64,000 nucleotides of DNA, taken from positions 13,082,001 to 13,146,000 of the forward strand of contig JBHGNT010000003.1 of NCBI GenBank assembly GCA_043228905.1. The letters run 5' to 3'. This stretch comes from Azolla caroliniana (Eukaryota > Plantae > Polypodiophyta). A model generated the notes under the pieces. It saw nothing but the letters and a program-made list of their open reading frames with translations. It was not told the DNA's origin and searched no databases. The position numbers and the translations under genes are program-made. This document shows, in pieces, positions 51,801 through 64,000 of the stretch. Each line of letters starts with the position of its first letter. Within the stretch, counting starts at the first letter, position 1.

Positions 51801-54800
51801 GTCGGTATGTCCGGAGCCGTTTCCGGAACCGGTTCTCTCCGAATCGGCGCGCTTTTTCCAGCACTCACTTTCCCTATGGCCTTTCTTTCCACAGTACCAG
51901 CACTCCACGATGGCCTTCCCTTGCCGGTTCTCATCGCTTCGACTCCCCCTGTTTCTGGAGGGTCTGGAGTTGCTGTCGGCATCACTCCGGTGCCTTCTTC
52001 CTTGATCTCGTCGGCCACCTCCATTGCGCGCCGACTCACCTCATCCTCCACGTCCACGGGGCCTATTTCCCTCCGTGTACAACATTCTGTTGTCGGTGTG
52101 CGTGCTTGTAGACGCACACGCATGGTTCTCCTCTACCAGGAGCATTGACTGTAAGTCGAAAAAGGACGGTGTATTCTCCCGAGTACACACAGCCGTTCGG
52201 AACGCTCTGAACTTCGACACCAAACCTCTGAGACAGATCTAGACCATCTCGCTCTCCTCGATGTTCACCTCTATGGAGGCGAGGGAGTCGCAGATATCCT
52301 TGATCTTCGAGGTATAGTCCGCCACCGACAAGTCGCGTTGTCGTAGGTTGTTCAACTCCTGTCGGAGCTGATGCTTCCTGGATGTGGTGCTCGCGGCGAA
52401 AATCTTCTTCAGATTTTCGCACGCACCCTTCGACATCTTTGAATCCCGAACATAGCTCAATAGTTGTTCGCCCACACACGACGCAAAGGAGTATCATACC
52501 CTGCTCGCCGATTGCTCCCACGACGGGAAGTCTCTGTGTGTCGATTCGGGTGCCGCGTCATTAGCTCCTTCGACATAACTCCAGTAGCCATGCCCGAGCA
52601 GGTACTGGTGCATCTTGTAGGACCAAGACGCGTAGTTGGTTCTGTCGAGCTTCTCTGTTGGAAGCGAGCTCGCCATGCCTCTATCCATCGTTCTTCTCGT
52701 TCTTCTTCGTCAAGCTGTGTCGGCTGAAGAGAGGTTCTCAACCCTCGCGCTCTGATACCATGTAGAAAGTAGCGTGCGGAAACAAGTATGAAGGTAGAAC
52801 AGAAGGAAGAACACTCAGGTTTAATGGAGAGCTTGAGCTTACGCAGTATACGCGAGAGAGAGTGAGAGAGAAGACACAAGAACTATATTCAACCTCTATT
52901 CTCGACTCTATACATATGTGTGTTCAATGAACACTTTTATACAAGTCCTGGAAGGACTGACAGAAGTACTGACAGTACTTCAAGGCTCATTGAGAGCTCC
53001 TACACTAACTCCCAAATATATTCCTCACGAAATACCTTCCCTAACGGCCTCCCGGTTTACGCACCGATCCGGCCCTGCCTACGCACCGGTCTGCGTACCG
53101 GTTTACGCATTCGGCCTATCCAATCGGTCCCAACCGATCCGGTCCTCGGCTTCTTCAGCCGATCCGGACGATGTTTAGGGTTCTCAACAAAATCAAACAC
53201 AGAGATATAGATACGGAGGTAGGGATGAGAAGATACTCTGTGAAACACTCAGAACGAATACGCACAGAGAGAGAATGAGATGAGGAGGGGATGATGAATG
53301 TAGAGAGGGGTTGATGATGGTTGGCGTGGCGATGTCAAAGACATCACAAACATATGCGAGGTCACCATCACTATCCTCCCCCTCTTGCTATCGATTCTAT
53401 GTCATCATGTGGTTGTGTCTGCATATATACACATAACTTCTTTTCAAGGGAGGTAGTGTTGAGATCTCCATCGCAAGTGAGCTCTCACACAGAGAGTTCA
53501 TGCACAAATCACACTCTCTAACACAAAGATCAACAAGCAGAGAGAGAGAAAGAGCAAAGGTAGATTAGTGACGGAAACGGAGAGTGAGCGATAGACTTCC
53601 TCTCAAGAGAGGGTTGGTGTTACGGGCATGACCATATAATATCCCGTGGTGAGAATTTACCGTAGTATTCTATACACGTGGATAAGTGTGAGGGTTAAAC
53701 GAGAGTGTAAAGAAGGGGAGGATTACTTTTAATCCTCGGGATTGAGACAACCCATTAGGTCAAGTGTGAACTTGCCTGGGGGCCTTGGGTATCGCTATAA
53801 ATAAGAGGCCTAGCTACCCTCATTTGATCATCTTTTGACTACATCGAGACTCTGCTCGTGTGGTGGGTCAACTCTTGTAGCGAGCGCTCCAGCACCAGGT
53901 ACGACTCGACGCCACGGCGGTGGTATGGGACGTCGATCGAGGCTCGAGTCCGTCTCGATCCCTTCGCTCAAGGGTGGTCGGGTGGATCGGCACCCTTCTT
54001 TCTCTTTCTCCTTTCTATCTTTCATTTCTTTATCCTTATCTTAAACTTACCTTTCAAGCATGCCAAAAGTGTTGCTAATCGGCAACATTTTTGGCACGCT
54101 TTGTGATCTGTGTCTTCTCACAGACGAGCAACAACGAATGGATGTTTAGCCGCAGACACCCCAGAGAACCAACACGACAAGACCGGCCAATAACAAGGTC
54201 TGTCACACGCCAGGCAAAAGAACGCGCATGGCAAAAGCCTCGCCTCAACAACCTCAGTACTACCTATCGTGAGTACAAAGGTGATTCTTCGCTCTCTATA
54301 TACCTCGACGAGACGGGGGGACTACGCTCACCACAGCCACCTTGTGGTCTTTCCCGACCCGCCGTAGCCCCCACCATGGCCTTTGCCTACCCCCCCTTTA
54401 ACGGCAAAACCGACGCCGCAACTCATATTCGCATGTTCCTGAATGTCTGGAATGCGAACCACATGGCACAGAGCCTTTCGGAGGTGGTAGCACAACAGTT
54501 GAAAATGACGGAGTTCGGGTTAACATTGGATGGGCGAGCGGCGTTTTGGCATTCACAGATGGATTTACCAGCAATAACAACCTTCGATCAGCTGTAGTCC
54601 TCTTTCTTGCGGTTCTTCCATTGGAGGGTTCCACAACGCGAAATCCTCGGACAGTTTTACACGATTAAGCAACTGCCGACCGAGATGATAGCGGACTTCA
54701 GCTTACGTTTCCAAAATTTACGATGGAAACTGGAACAGAGCCCCGCGGAGGACGAGGCTCGGGAAACATTTCTGGCAGCTTTACGCTAGCCCGTCCAGGC

Positions 54801-57800
54801 AACGCTCAACAACAATAGCGTGAAAGGGGAAACGGCGGATATGGTAATTGAACGAGCATTACAACTCGAGTTGTATGATGAGGAGGAAAGGTTTTCTATG
54901 TCCTCCTTACGACAAGCATTACCTCAGGACGAGGAACGCCAGTTTCGTCATGGAATCCAGTGCACGATTTGCTTGAACTCGGCGCATTCCGCAGTGGAGT
55001 GCAATATGCGAATCCATTGCCCAATATGCCACTCGAAGACTCACACAGTCGACCAATGCGAATACAATATGTTGAATAGAGCCACTCCCGCAGTCCACAG
55101 CATGGACACACAACGTCAACCACACCGGACTGAACAAAGGAGGCAAGAAGACCGACCACGATATAGGGATCGCAACCCACGGGAGGACCGACACCACCGA
55201 AATCGCCGAAATCACAACGATTCCGAGGAGGATGAGCCAGAGGACGAGGATTATCGTGGACATCCGAGTTATGCCAAAGGGAGTCGGCGCTACGAGAATC
55301 ACCGGCCGACAAACAAACGGGGCAACTTCAATGGTTATCGTGGTAAGCCATGGCAATATCGAGATCACCGGCGTTACGATGAAAGCTCGAGGTATGAGCG
55401 GCACCAGGAACAACGACGGGACCAACAACAGCCAACGCGTACGTTCCGACAAACGAGGCCGGACCGCGAGGAGCAAGTAGGACCAAGGGAGCGGCACACA
55501 CCACCAGGAGCCGAGAAGGGTGAGTCAACCATCCATTATTTTATTTGTTAGCAACCTGGACATTATGCCACGCAATGCCCAACACGCAAGGGAAAGGGGC
55601 CCGTTGTCAATACGATTACGGCGGAAGTGCAACAAGTCACGACATGGTAGCAAACAAAAACAGTTGATTGGGCTGCGCAAGACGAGGTACGCCGACAAGC
55701 CCAAGCGTGGGTGGAAAAAGCAAACGCGACAAATACAGAACGCATGCGGAAGGAGTTTGCGAACACAATGGAGCAAGCAGAGGACGAAAGACCGGTCCTA
55801 GACCCCATTTGGCAGGCGTTAGCGGGCTGTGAGATAACGTTAACCATGGAGAAAATGTTGCAACTAGTCCCAAGCTTCCGCTAGACCATGGAAGAACGGG
55901 TGACAGGCATACCCGGGGTGAGTATCGCTACAAACCTTACAGACGTTAGCGATGGACCGCCGGTAGTGGATCAACACAACCCGGCTATTACATTAATATT
56001 ACACGGATAGGAAATTCCTGGATGTATAATCGACGGGAGTTAGGCGTCAATGTAATTAGCGCGAAAACTTGCGAGCAGTTAGGCATTTCAGAATGGGAGG
56101 CTTGCCCATTCTAGCTCCGAATGGCCGATACCCGCTCAGTACGACCATTGGGGTTAATTCGCAAAATAGGCATTATCGTGGGCAGACACCGATTCGACAT
56201 CTCGGCGGTCGTCCTCGTTTTGGACGCCCCAGGGGCATACCTAGGGCTTCTGGGTAGACCATGGCTTCGGGCAACAAATATCAAGCAGAGCTGGCAACAC
56301 GAGTGTATCAGTTTCCGACACGGACGCACCAAGGTTTGCGTACCTACGGAAGGAAGCACGCCATAACCCAAGGGTATAACACCATTATACGCGGAGGATA
56401 TAAATATGCTGGCTAGGGTGGAGGATGCAGAATTAGAGGCATACCTCGACGAGCACCCTCGGATTATTCCGTTGTTTGAAATAGAAGTCATCGCAACCAC
56501 GGCAGAATATGCCACAGCCACTGTTCTCCACGACGAGCCTTACGAACCAAACCCAGAGTCCATATTGGAACTTAGCAGAGCACGGGCGGCATTCGAAAGG
56601 GAAATGGAGATTTCACGAGGAGTCACCGCTTCCGCCCTCGAAGAAGTAAATGTGGGTACGAAATCGGAGCCCCATTTCCTCTCCATCAAAAAGGAATTAA
56701 GGCCGGACCAGAGAAACACGATGATCGCACTACTCACGGAATATAAGGATGTGTTCATTGGGGCTCACGAGGACATGAAGGGGTTAGATCCGAAGTTCTA
56801 TCAGCATAAGATCAATTTAGCAACCGACGCGAAACCCGTCCAGCAACGCCGCTACTGCATGAACCCGAACTACGCGACCCGCGTGAAAGAAGAAATTGAC
56901 AAGCTCCTGAAGGCGGGGTTCATACGACCAGTTAAACAAGTGACATGGTTAAGCCCGATAGTGGTCGTTCCAAAGAAAAACGACAAAATACGGGTATGCG
57001 TAGATTACCGAAAATTAAACGTCGTCACCATTACGGACGCATTTCCTTTACCCTTCACCGATAGCGTACTGGACGCCGTTGCAGGCCATGATATGTACAG
57101 TTTTTTAGATGGCTTTAGTGGCTATAACCAGGTACACATGAATCCCGAGGACCAAGAAAAGACGGCATTTGTCACGGACTGGGGAGTATATGTGGCAGTC
57201 TTCATGATGTTCGGGCTAAAGACGGCGCCACCAACATTTCAACGGACAATTACGGAGATCTTTGGGGAATACATTCCGCCGTTCATGCAAGTTTTTTTAG
57301 ACGACTTTGCGGTATACGGGAGAACAATAGACCATTTTACGCACTTACAACTGTGCCTGGAACGTTGCCGCACCGCACGCTTAAGCTTGAATTCTGCGAA
57401 ATGTGCTTTCGGCATGACCAGCGGGACTCTCCTGGGCCATATAGTCAGCAACGAAGGAATAGCGGTTGACCCGAACAAAATCTCCGCGATTACGCAAGAC
57501 AAAACTCCGACAAACGCCAAATCGCTCAGCTGGTTTTTAGGACAAATATGGTGGCATAGTCGGATGATACGTTATTTGGCGGACTTCGCCACGCTGTTAC
57601 ACGCTGCCGTACATCGGACTACTTTCCAATGGACTGCAATGGAGGATAAGGCCTATGAGGCACTTAAGATAATGCTCACACAGGCTCCCGTCGTACAACC
57701 ACCAGTTTGGGCGAAGCCATTCCACGTGTTCATCGACACCTCGGACATAGTAATAGGAAGTGCACTAATGCAGCTCACCGAACAAAAATGGTACTGGCCA

Positions 57801-59282
57801 GTTTACTACGCTAGTCGCAAATTATCAACAATAGAGCGTAACTACTCCACAACGGAGTAGGAGGCGCTAGGGATGATCACATCAATAAATTCCGGCACTA
57901 TTTATTAGCAAGGAAATGCACGTTCCACGTGGATCATTCGGCGCTACTGTTATTGGTGGAGAAACAAGCCCTGACAGGGAAATTGGCGCGGTGGATGCTG
58001 CTCCTCCAGGAATTCGATTTCGTAATCCAATATCGACTAGGGACGCAACACGCAATGGCGGATTTTTGAGCAGATTCGAGAATGGAGAAATAGTATAGAA
58101 AGATGACGACGATTTCCCAGACGCCGATATCCTGCGGGTAGAGACACTAGTAGAAAGAACGGAATCGACCTTTCTGGACTGGTGGCTTATGGCAATGATG
58201 TACTTTTTGACTACAGAACTACCTCCACCACAATTACGCACGGACGAGAAGAAACGACTAGTCGTCCGAAGCCGTCACTTCTGCCTCGTCGAAGGTGTTT
58301 TATATCACAAAGGAAGTGACGACATTTGGCGACGTGGGGTACGTCAGGATGAGAAGGAAGTAGTTTTACGGGAGGCACACTGCGGCACGGCAGGCGGCCA
58401 TTACGCGGGCGACGTTACAGCCCGGAAAGTATGGCAGGCGGGCTTATCGTGGCCAACAACATAGAAGGACGCATCCGAGTATTGTAGAAAGTGTGATTTG
58501 TGTCAACAGATGGGACAACCCGCGGAGGGCGCAAGGATGCCACACCAGCCCGTATTACCGCTAGATCCCTTCCAAATGTGGGGATTGGATTTTGTGGGGC
58601 CCTTCACACTGGCGGCACCCCGTACGGGCAATAAATACATATTGGTAGCCATGGATTATTGCACCAAATGGGTAGAAGCAAAGGCACTACGTGAAAATAC
58701 GGCTGCCGTCACAGCTAGATTCCTTTACGAGCACATTTGGTGAAGGTTCGGCTGTCCGATTGAGCTTATCAGTGACCAAGGGAGCCACTTTCTCAATACG
58801 GTTGTTCGAGAACTAACACATCATTACACCGTACTCCATAAGAAGCGTACACCATATTATCCGCAGGCGAATGGATTAGAAGAATCCACCAACAAGACGT
58901 TGCAGACCATTTTGAAGAAAATCATGAATGAAAATAGAACGGATTGGGATACCAAACTACAAAGTGCATTATGGGCGTACAGAACCAGCTACAAAACAAG
59001 CATATAGTCAACATCGTTTCGACTAGCGTTTGGGCTAGCGGCTGTGATTCCGGTCGAATTTCAGGTACCTAGTTTGCGAATTTAGGTACGGAACCGACTA
59101 TCAGAAGCCAAGTCGGAGGAGGTACAACTCCACCAACTCCTCGAACTAGGGGAAAAACGTGTCCACAACATGGCTGTGTTGGAGCAGGAACAACGACGGC
59201 GTAAAGCGTTTGTGGATCGACATCAGAACGGAAGGGAAAAGGAGTTCGCCGTGGGTCGAGCGGTGCTGGTTTTCCAAACTCG

Positions 59283-60000
59283 TGACGAGAACCCAACGCT
59301 CCTTATGCACAACGCTCGGCCAGAACCGAGATTCTCTTCATACACAGAAAACAGGAAACGAAAAGACGCGACACAAAGAGGAGAAGAGTACACAGGATGT
59401 TTACGTGGAAACCCAAACTAGGGAAAAAACCACGGCAGCCCACAGGCTGCAAACTATCACTATGCTAGAATGTACAACAGTGAGTTCACGGACGCAACAA
59501 CCTCATGCTCACGATCTTCGCCACAGGCGGCGGTTACAACAGAGGCTACGACCTCTTCCTTTCTCTCTCTCTCTGTACACAGTTATGCGCTCTCTCTTTT
59601 CTTGCACCAACAAGAAATGACAACAATAGTAACTATAAGTTTGCCCTAACTCATATTTATACTAATATGACTTTTCGGCTATTTACAAATATAGCCATGA
59701 TGGACTCTCATAAACATATTTACTAATATGTCTCTTCATCCGGTTAGCACTCCTCACCGGGTCTACATCATCCGGCTCTCCGTAGCCGGGTACTCCTCAT
59801 CCGGTCCTCACCGGGTCTACATCATCCAGCTCTCCGTAGTCGGGTACTCCTCATCCGGTTCTCACCGGGTCTGCACTATCCGGCTCTCCGTAGCCGGGTA
59901 CTCCTCATCCGGTTCCGGCCGAGGCCTATCGGTCTCGGCCGAGTTTTTTCATCAGCACTGTTCTTCTCCCTTCCCATCCGGAGGGACCTGTCTCCCAACA
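59283..60000 (-). repeat. Solo LTR of a G-related Copia inside D integrase
   Basis: Reverse complement starts TGTTGGGA..GGTCCCTCCGGATGGG, like the G LTR. TSD ACTCG/ACTCA. Internal ~50-bp tandem repeats at 59735-59915. Confidence 0.88.
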
Positions 60001-60336
60001 ACTCACATGGGCCATATGCCGGGGAAGTTACAATTCCGCTGGACCGGCCCATACTGGATAATTGGAGTGGAACAAGGCACGTTCCAACTAGGTACACTGG
60101 CCGGGGAAGTAGTCCGGCAAAAGGTGAATGGGTTTTGGCTCAAACCTTACCTCGGCCCTACACCACCTAACCCAATCACCGCCGAATAGGATAGAGCCGA
60201 AGAACCCGAAGCGTAAATGGACGGCCCCACTTGTACCATAATGTAAAAATAGGTTGTAGATAACCGTTATGAAAAAAAAGAAAAAGAAAGAAAAAAAAGA
60301 GAGGAGAAGATAGCGACTATTAAAACGACTAAAGGC

Positions 60337-60956
60337 ATGCACAAACTCCTAGTTCAAGAACACGCGGCACCACGATGGCTCACTGCCCCATGAACCCTAA
60401 GCCACAAAAAGAAGGAAATAGAAGATTTTCTGCACAAAACAGAAACTCATCTTCTAGCTATCAACGCTCCCATCGCGCCTCCCCCTCACCTTCTCCTCCA
60501 TACTATGACAGAGCTTCAGCCCACCGCAACCACCAGTCTCCTTCCCACGAACCTCCTCTGGCGATGCTGATCTTCATCTCTATTGCCTTACGCCGATGGC
60601 TCGTGGAGAAACGCTTGGATGGGTACATCCGGGTCGCAGAAGCACCCCCACACACAGATGCCATGCACATTGCCATGAAGCTTAACATCGACACGGTCAC
60701 CAACTCCTCCATCCGGAAGACGTTGGACCTGTCATCGCTAGGTGACAGGCATTTCGAAATCCCTCCTGTAGAGGCACTGCAGCGATATTTCGGGCCATAT
60801 TCCTCCTCCACCAAGGCCTATAGAACAAAGCAGATTCCGGATCCCTTCTTCCGTGAAGTTGCCAAGTTCCTGCTAGAAGTCGGCTGCGTACATGTCAACG
60901 CATATGGGATGCCCAAGTAGAAGGCGGGCATCATTATCGATACCTTTGAAGGGCGT
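60337..60956 (+). pseudogene. ORF3 N-terminal domain of Gypsy D
   Basis: LRRWLVEKRLDGYIRVAEAPPH, LQRYFGPYSSSTKAY and FFREVAKFLLEV align with B ORF3. Confidence 0.8.
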
Positions 60957-62191
60957 TGTCGTGAAGTTGACACTTCATGATGTGAAAACAATGTCAAAAA
61001 TCTATAGAAGTACATTTCCATTTGGAGCTTATGACAAGGAGCATGAAGGAATTTTCGGTTCGTGAATCGGAGTTCAGAAGCCCAAGTTACAAGCTTTGGA
61101 AGGATTAATGTTACTTGGGACAAAAATGTAATTATGTCAAAAGGGGGAGTCAAAATTAAATAAGGGCTATTTCTATAATTTCTTAAATATAGAACTATAA
61201 AATTGAATTGTAGCATCAACAAATAAAGAAAAAATAAAAAATAAAATTGAATTGAATCCTCTTCAAATAACTTATTTTGGTAATCAAATATTGTAATATA
61301 AATTTAGTATATATAAAGTGAAAGAGAAAGACAAATAAATAGAAACTAGAGAGATTGAAGTGGTCTATCTCAAACGCTTCTTCTTAAATAGAGTTTGTGA
61401 GTTCAAGTCTTGCCAAGTAACTTTTGGCAAATAAATAGAGTTTGTGAGTTCAAGTCTTGCCAAGTAACTTTTGGCAAATAAATATTGTAAGTGGTTGTTT
61501 TACAAGTAAAATTCTTTTTGCGACAACGTCGCATTTACCTTGCCTTATTGGCTTCTTGTCATCGCACTGTTTGCGATTACGATGTCGTGAAGAATTTCGG
61601 CCAGAGGCGGAAACCGGGAAACATCGGCTACATCGGCGGGGTGCAACGTGTGTATGCACCCATGTACATTGAGTGTGAATAACGAGGGCGCCTTTGTGGC
61701 GCCTAAGAGTAGTCAAGTCGGGACAGACGATCCCATGTAAGTCGAGATTTATCCCACATTGTAACGCATCCCTCTCCTTGTTCTATAAAAGGAAGGGAAC
61801 GCCCTTTGTAAAAGGGTTGCCCATTTTGCATTAGAGGGTATACCGTTAGGTTTGGAGTTAGTTTCTTCTTCTTCTTCTTCTTCTCCTTCGTGTTCGCTTA
61901 GGGTTTGCTTCAGCTCCTCTCCTGCGCAAGACCCCGCTCGGCGCGACGAGCCCGTGAGCTCCCCGACGGCGGCTTGGCAACTTACGACTACTGTAACCTG
62001 CCTTGGAACGGCTCGAAGCCGGGAATGTATTCTTCTTTAGATATATATATACAGTTGCGTCTGTCTGTGTATATCCGTGTCTCTGTTGGTTTCGAGTGCT
62101 TCCCCTTTCCTGCGTTTTCTGTACATAAGGGCGTGAGTCGGGTCGGGTTGTGTGTGCGCGTGTGTGTGCGTGTGTGTGCGTGAGTCGGTGT

Positions 62192-62247
<56 letters not shown>

Positions 62248-64000
62248 TCGTTTGCTTCCGAGGTGTTTCTGGGATGCCCCAGAAACAGTGAAGCACGACT
62301 TCCTACGCTCCATCACTCCCTAGTCCAAGACCCCCGTTGTCCCGCCTTTCTCCACGCACGCGCGTAGTAACGCGACATATTTGGTGAACCCGACGTGAAA
62401 GGCGGCAAGGGAATATGGAGTCAGAAGACGACGATCTTGCAGAGATGGTGGCCGAAGTGGTGTTGGAGTCGGCACGAGTGGTGATGAGGCGAGAAGCAGC
62501 GCAACAAGCGGTTGAGCGAGTGGTCGAAAGAGTCGGTCGTTTGAACGGGGACAAAGTCCCACCTTACTTGGAAGCCTACAACACGGAAATGGAGGAGCGT
62601 GGCGTAGACGAGGCGTTGAGGCTGGAGTTCTTCTGTCGGGTTGTGGCTGTCCAGATGCATGCGGAAATAAAGGAGCTCCGTGAGGCTCATAGTTCGTGGG
62701 AGGCCTTCGAAGAGGCACTCCTGAAGGCATACGGAGGACGGCGGAAGAGGCGGGGGCGACACGACTTCGACCAGTGGGTAGCATCGGCAAAGACCCACCG
62801 GGGCGCGACGAAGGCGTTCTGGGAGTTCGAGCGACGGCTTGCTCGGCTCCCAGAGCGGGAACAAGGTTTGGTGGGGGCGGACAAGGTCCTATTGTTCGTC
62901 CGGTCGATCGACCGAACGGAACGGGAGGCCATCGGGATTGAGCTCGAAGACGATGATGGAGCGAATGGGCTTACGGAGGACTGGTCGAAGGTTGGAAGGG
63001 TGTGCCAACGGCTAGATGATGAGCGAGCCGAGAAGGCTAAGAGGAAGGGACGCGACGGTGTGCCATCACAGCGGGAAGAGGCCGAACGGCGAAGAGAGTC
63101 GGCAAGGTTTGGCGTTGGGGCCAGGATTGCGGAGGCGTACGCAGCTCTCAAAGCGATGCTCGAGGAAGAGGGAAGATCGAGGCCGGAAACCGAGACCGAG
63201 GAGATGGACTTGCCCCACGCGACGGCGGAAGATCGGTACGATGGTACCACGGGAGAGGGTGCGGAACAAAACGCCCTCTCGACTTGCAGAGATAGGACGG
63301 CCAAGGACAAGGCCGAGATACAGATCGCGGAACCGGATCATTGGGACCAGTGGTTTCGGGCGTGTCAGCCCGAGATCTTGGCCATTGGAGAAGCAAGCCC
63401 AGACGGGGCTTGCGCGATCGGTCAGAAGACGACCGCCGACCACGAAGAGTCGGTGGCTACGGACAAGGGCGTAAAACGGACGGGCGATTCTTTGTGTCTT
63501 CCCACACTTGCTCCCGAGACGATGGCGGTCGGGCCGGAGTGCCCACGTGAGTCCCAAGCGGAGGAAGGCGGCGGCAAAAGGGCAAGAATCACTGGCGAGA
63601 CGATACGGGGAAGGAACGGACGAAAGCCCACGAACCCGATTCCGGAGAACTCGGCATTCGGGCCCGTATGCCCATGTAAGACCGAGGAGATGGATGGCGG
63701 TACCGACGAGTCCTGGCACGATGCCAACGAAGACGGATGGGAAACGGCCTGCGAGAAGGCCGAGGACGGACACGGCACGAGGAGATCGGCATTCCGATAC
63801 GGGTGGAGCGTGATCCGGTCGTGGATTGTTCGATCAGGGCCGGACTCCGCATAAAGGTGCTGATACAGGAGAGGGTGCGGGATGAGCCGCCCTCTTTTAC
63901 ATGTGGAGAAAGACCGACCGGGCGAAGGTCGAGAGTTGGAAAGAGAATGAAAGCCGGTCCTATGGGATTCCTTACACCGATCCGACTGCAGGCCCGAGTG
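60957..64000 (+). mobile_element. A-family Gypsy element H (5' LTR, Trp PBS, gag-like ORF); runs off the window
   Basis: TGTCGTGAAG start at 60957, as in A. U5 end ...GTAACGCGACA at 62377 is shared with A. Perfect Trp PBS at 62382-62399. The AT-rich stretch 60981-61480 may be a further insertion, so the left boundary is tentative. Confidence 0.7.
62415..63854 (+). CDS. Gag-like protein of H (479 aa), no zinc knuckle
   Basis: The N-terminal ~200 aa align with A gag (GRLNGDKVPPYL, KVLLFVRSID, GLTEDW). The C-terminus is low-complexity and unrelated. Confidence 0.75.
   Translation: MESEDDDLAEMVAEVVLESARVVMRREAAQQAVERVVERVGRLNGDKVPPYLEAYNTEMEERGVDEALRLEFFCRVVAVQMHAEIKELREAHSSWEAFEEALLKAYGGRRKRRGRHDFDQWVASAKTHRGATKAFWEFERRLARLPEREQGLVGADKVLLFVRSIDRTEREAIGIELEDDDGANGLTEDWSKVGRVCQRLDDERAEKAKRKGRDGVPSQREEAERRRESARFGVGARIAEAYAALKAMLEEEGRSRPETETEEMDLPHATAEDRYDGTTGEGAEQNALSTCRDRTAKDKAEIQIAEPDHWDQWFRACQPEILAIGEASPDGACAIGQKTTADHEESVATDKGVKRTGDSLCLPTLAPETMAVGPECPRESQAEEGGGKRARITGETIRGRNGRKPTNPIPENSAFGPVCPCKTEEMDGGTDESWHDANEDGWETACEKAEDGHGTRRSAFRYGWSVIRSWIVRSGPDSA

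Larger units (their letters stand above)
41581..53189 (-). mobile_element. Ty1/Copia element F, degenerate, hosting G and a solo LTR
   Basis: LTRs at 41581-42023 and 52761-53189. TSD AAATC. iMet PBS at 52749-52760. PPT at 42024-42035. Gag-PR-IN-RT at 52676-48896; RNase H at 48421-48318 and 42932-42600. Confidence 0.94.
53618..60956 (+). mobile_element. Ty3/Gypsy element D (relative of B), heavily mutated; 3' end interrupted
   Basis: 5' LTR at 53618-54087; PBS TGGCACGCT at 54092. Gag has the same knuckle layout as B. Protease, RT VFLDDF, RH and IN run to 60189; ORF3 start at 60337-60956. Confidence 0.9.

Overview
This window is eukaryotic and almost entirely nested transposable elements. It is most likely a land plant (possibly a bryophyte or fern; this is inference from TE types, PBS tRNAs and a CYPRO4/VID27 fragment). 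No intact host gene is present. From left to right: a degenerate spliced hAT transposon; an old Copia (X) broken by the hAT, by Gypsy A (itself split by the young Gypsy B) and by the deleted Gypsy C; a LINE split by non-autonomous LTR element N1, by an intact Copia E and by the non-autonomous N2/N3 array carrying host-gene fragments; Copia F containing Copia G and a solo LTR; Gypsy D (relative of B) containing a solo LTR; and a Gag-only relative of A (H). Most boundaries are fixed by TG..CA ends and 5-bp TSDs read by eye. The most unusual signal is in the B/D/N lineage. Where the polypurine tract should lie there is a tRNA-3'-end-like sequence (an inverted second PBS ending CCA-like, 2 nt before the LTR). 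The same non-autonomous internal sequence appears attached to two different LTRs in apparently opposite polarity. B and D also carry a conserved extra ORF after pol. All tRNA identities are from recalled plant tRNA sequences, not a search.
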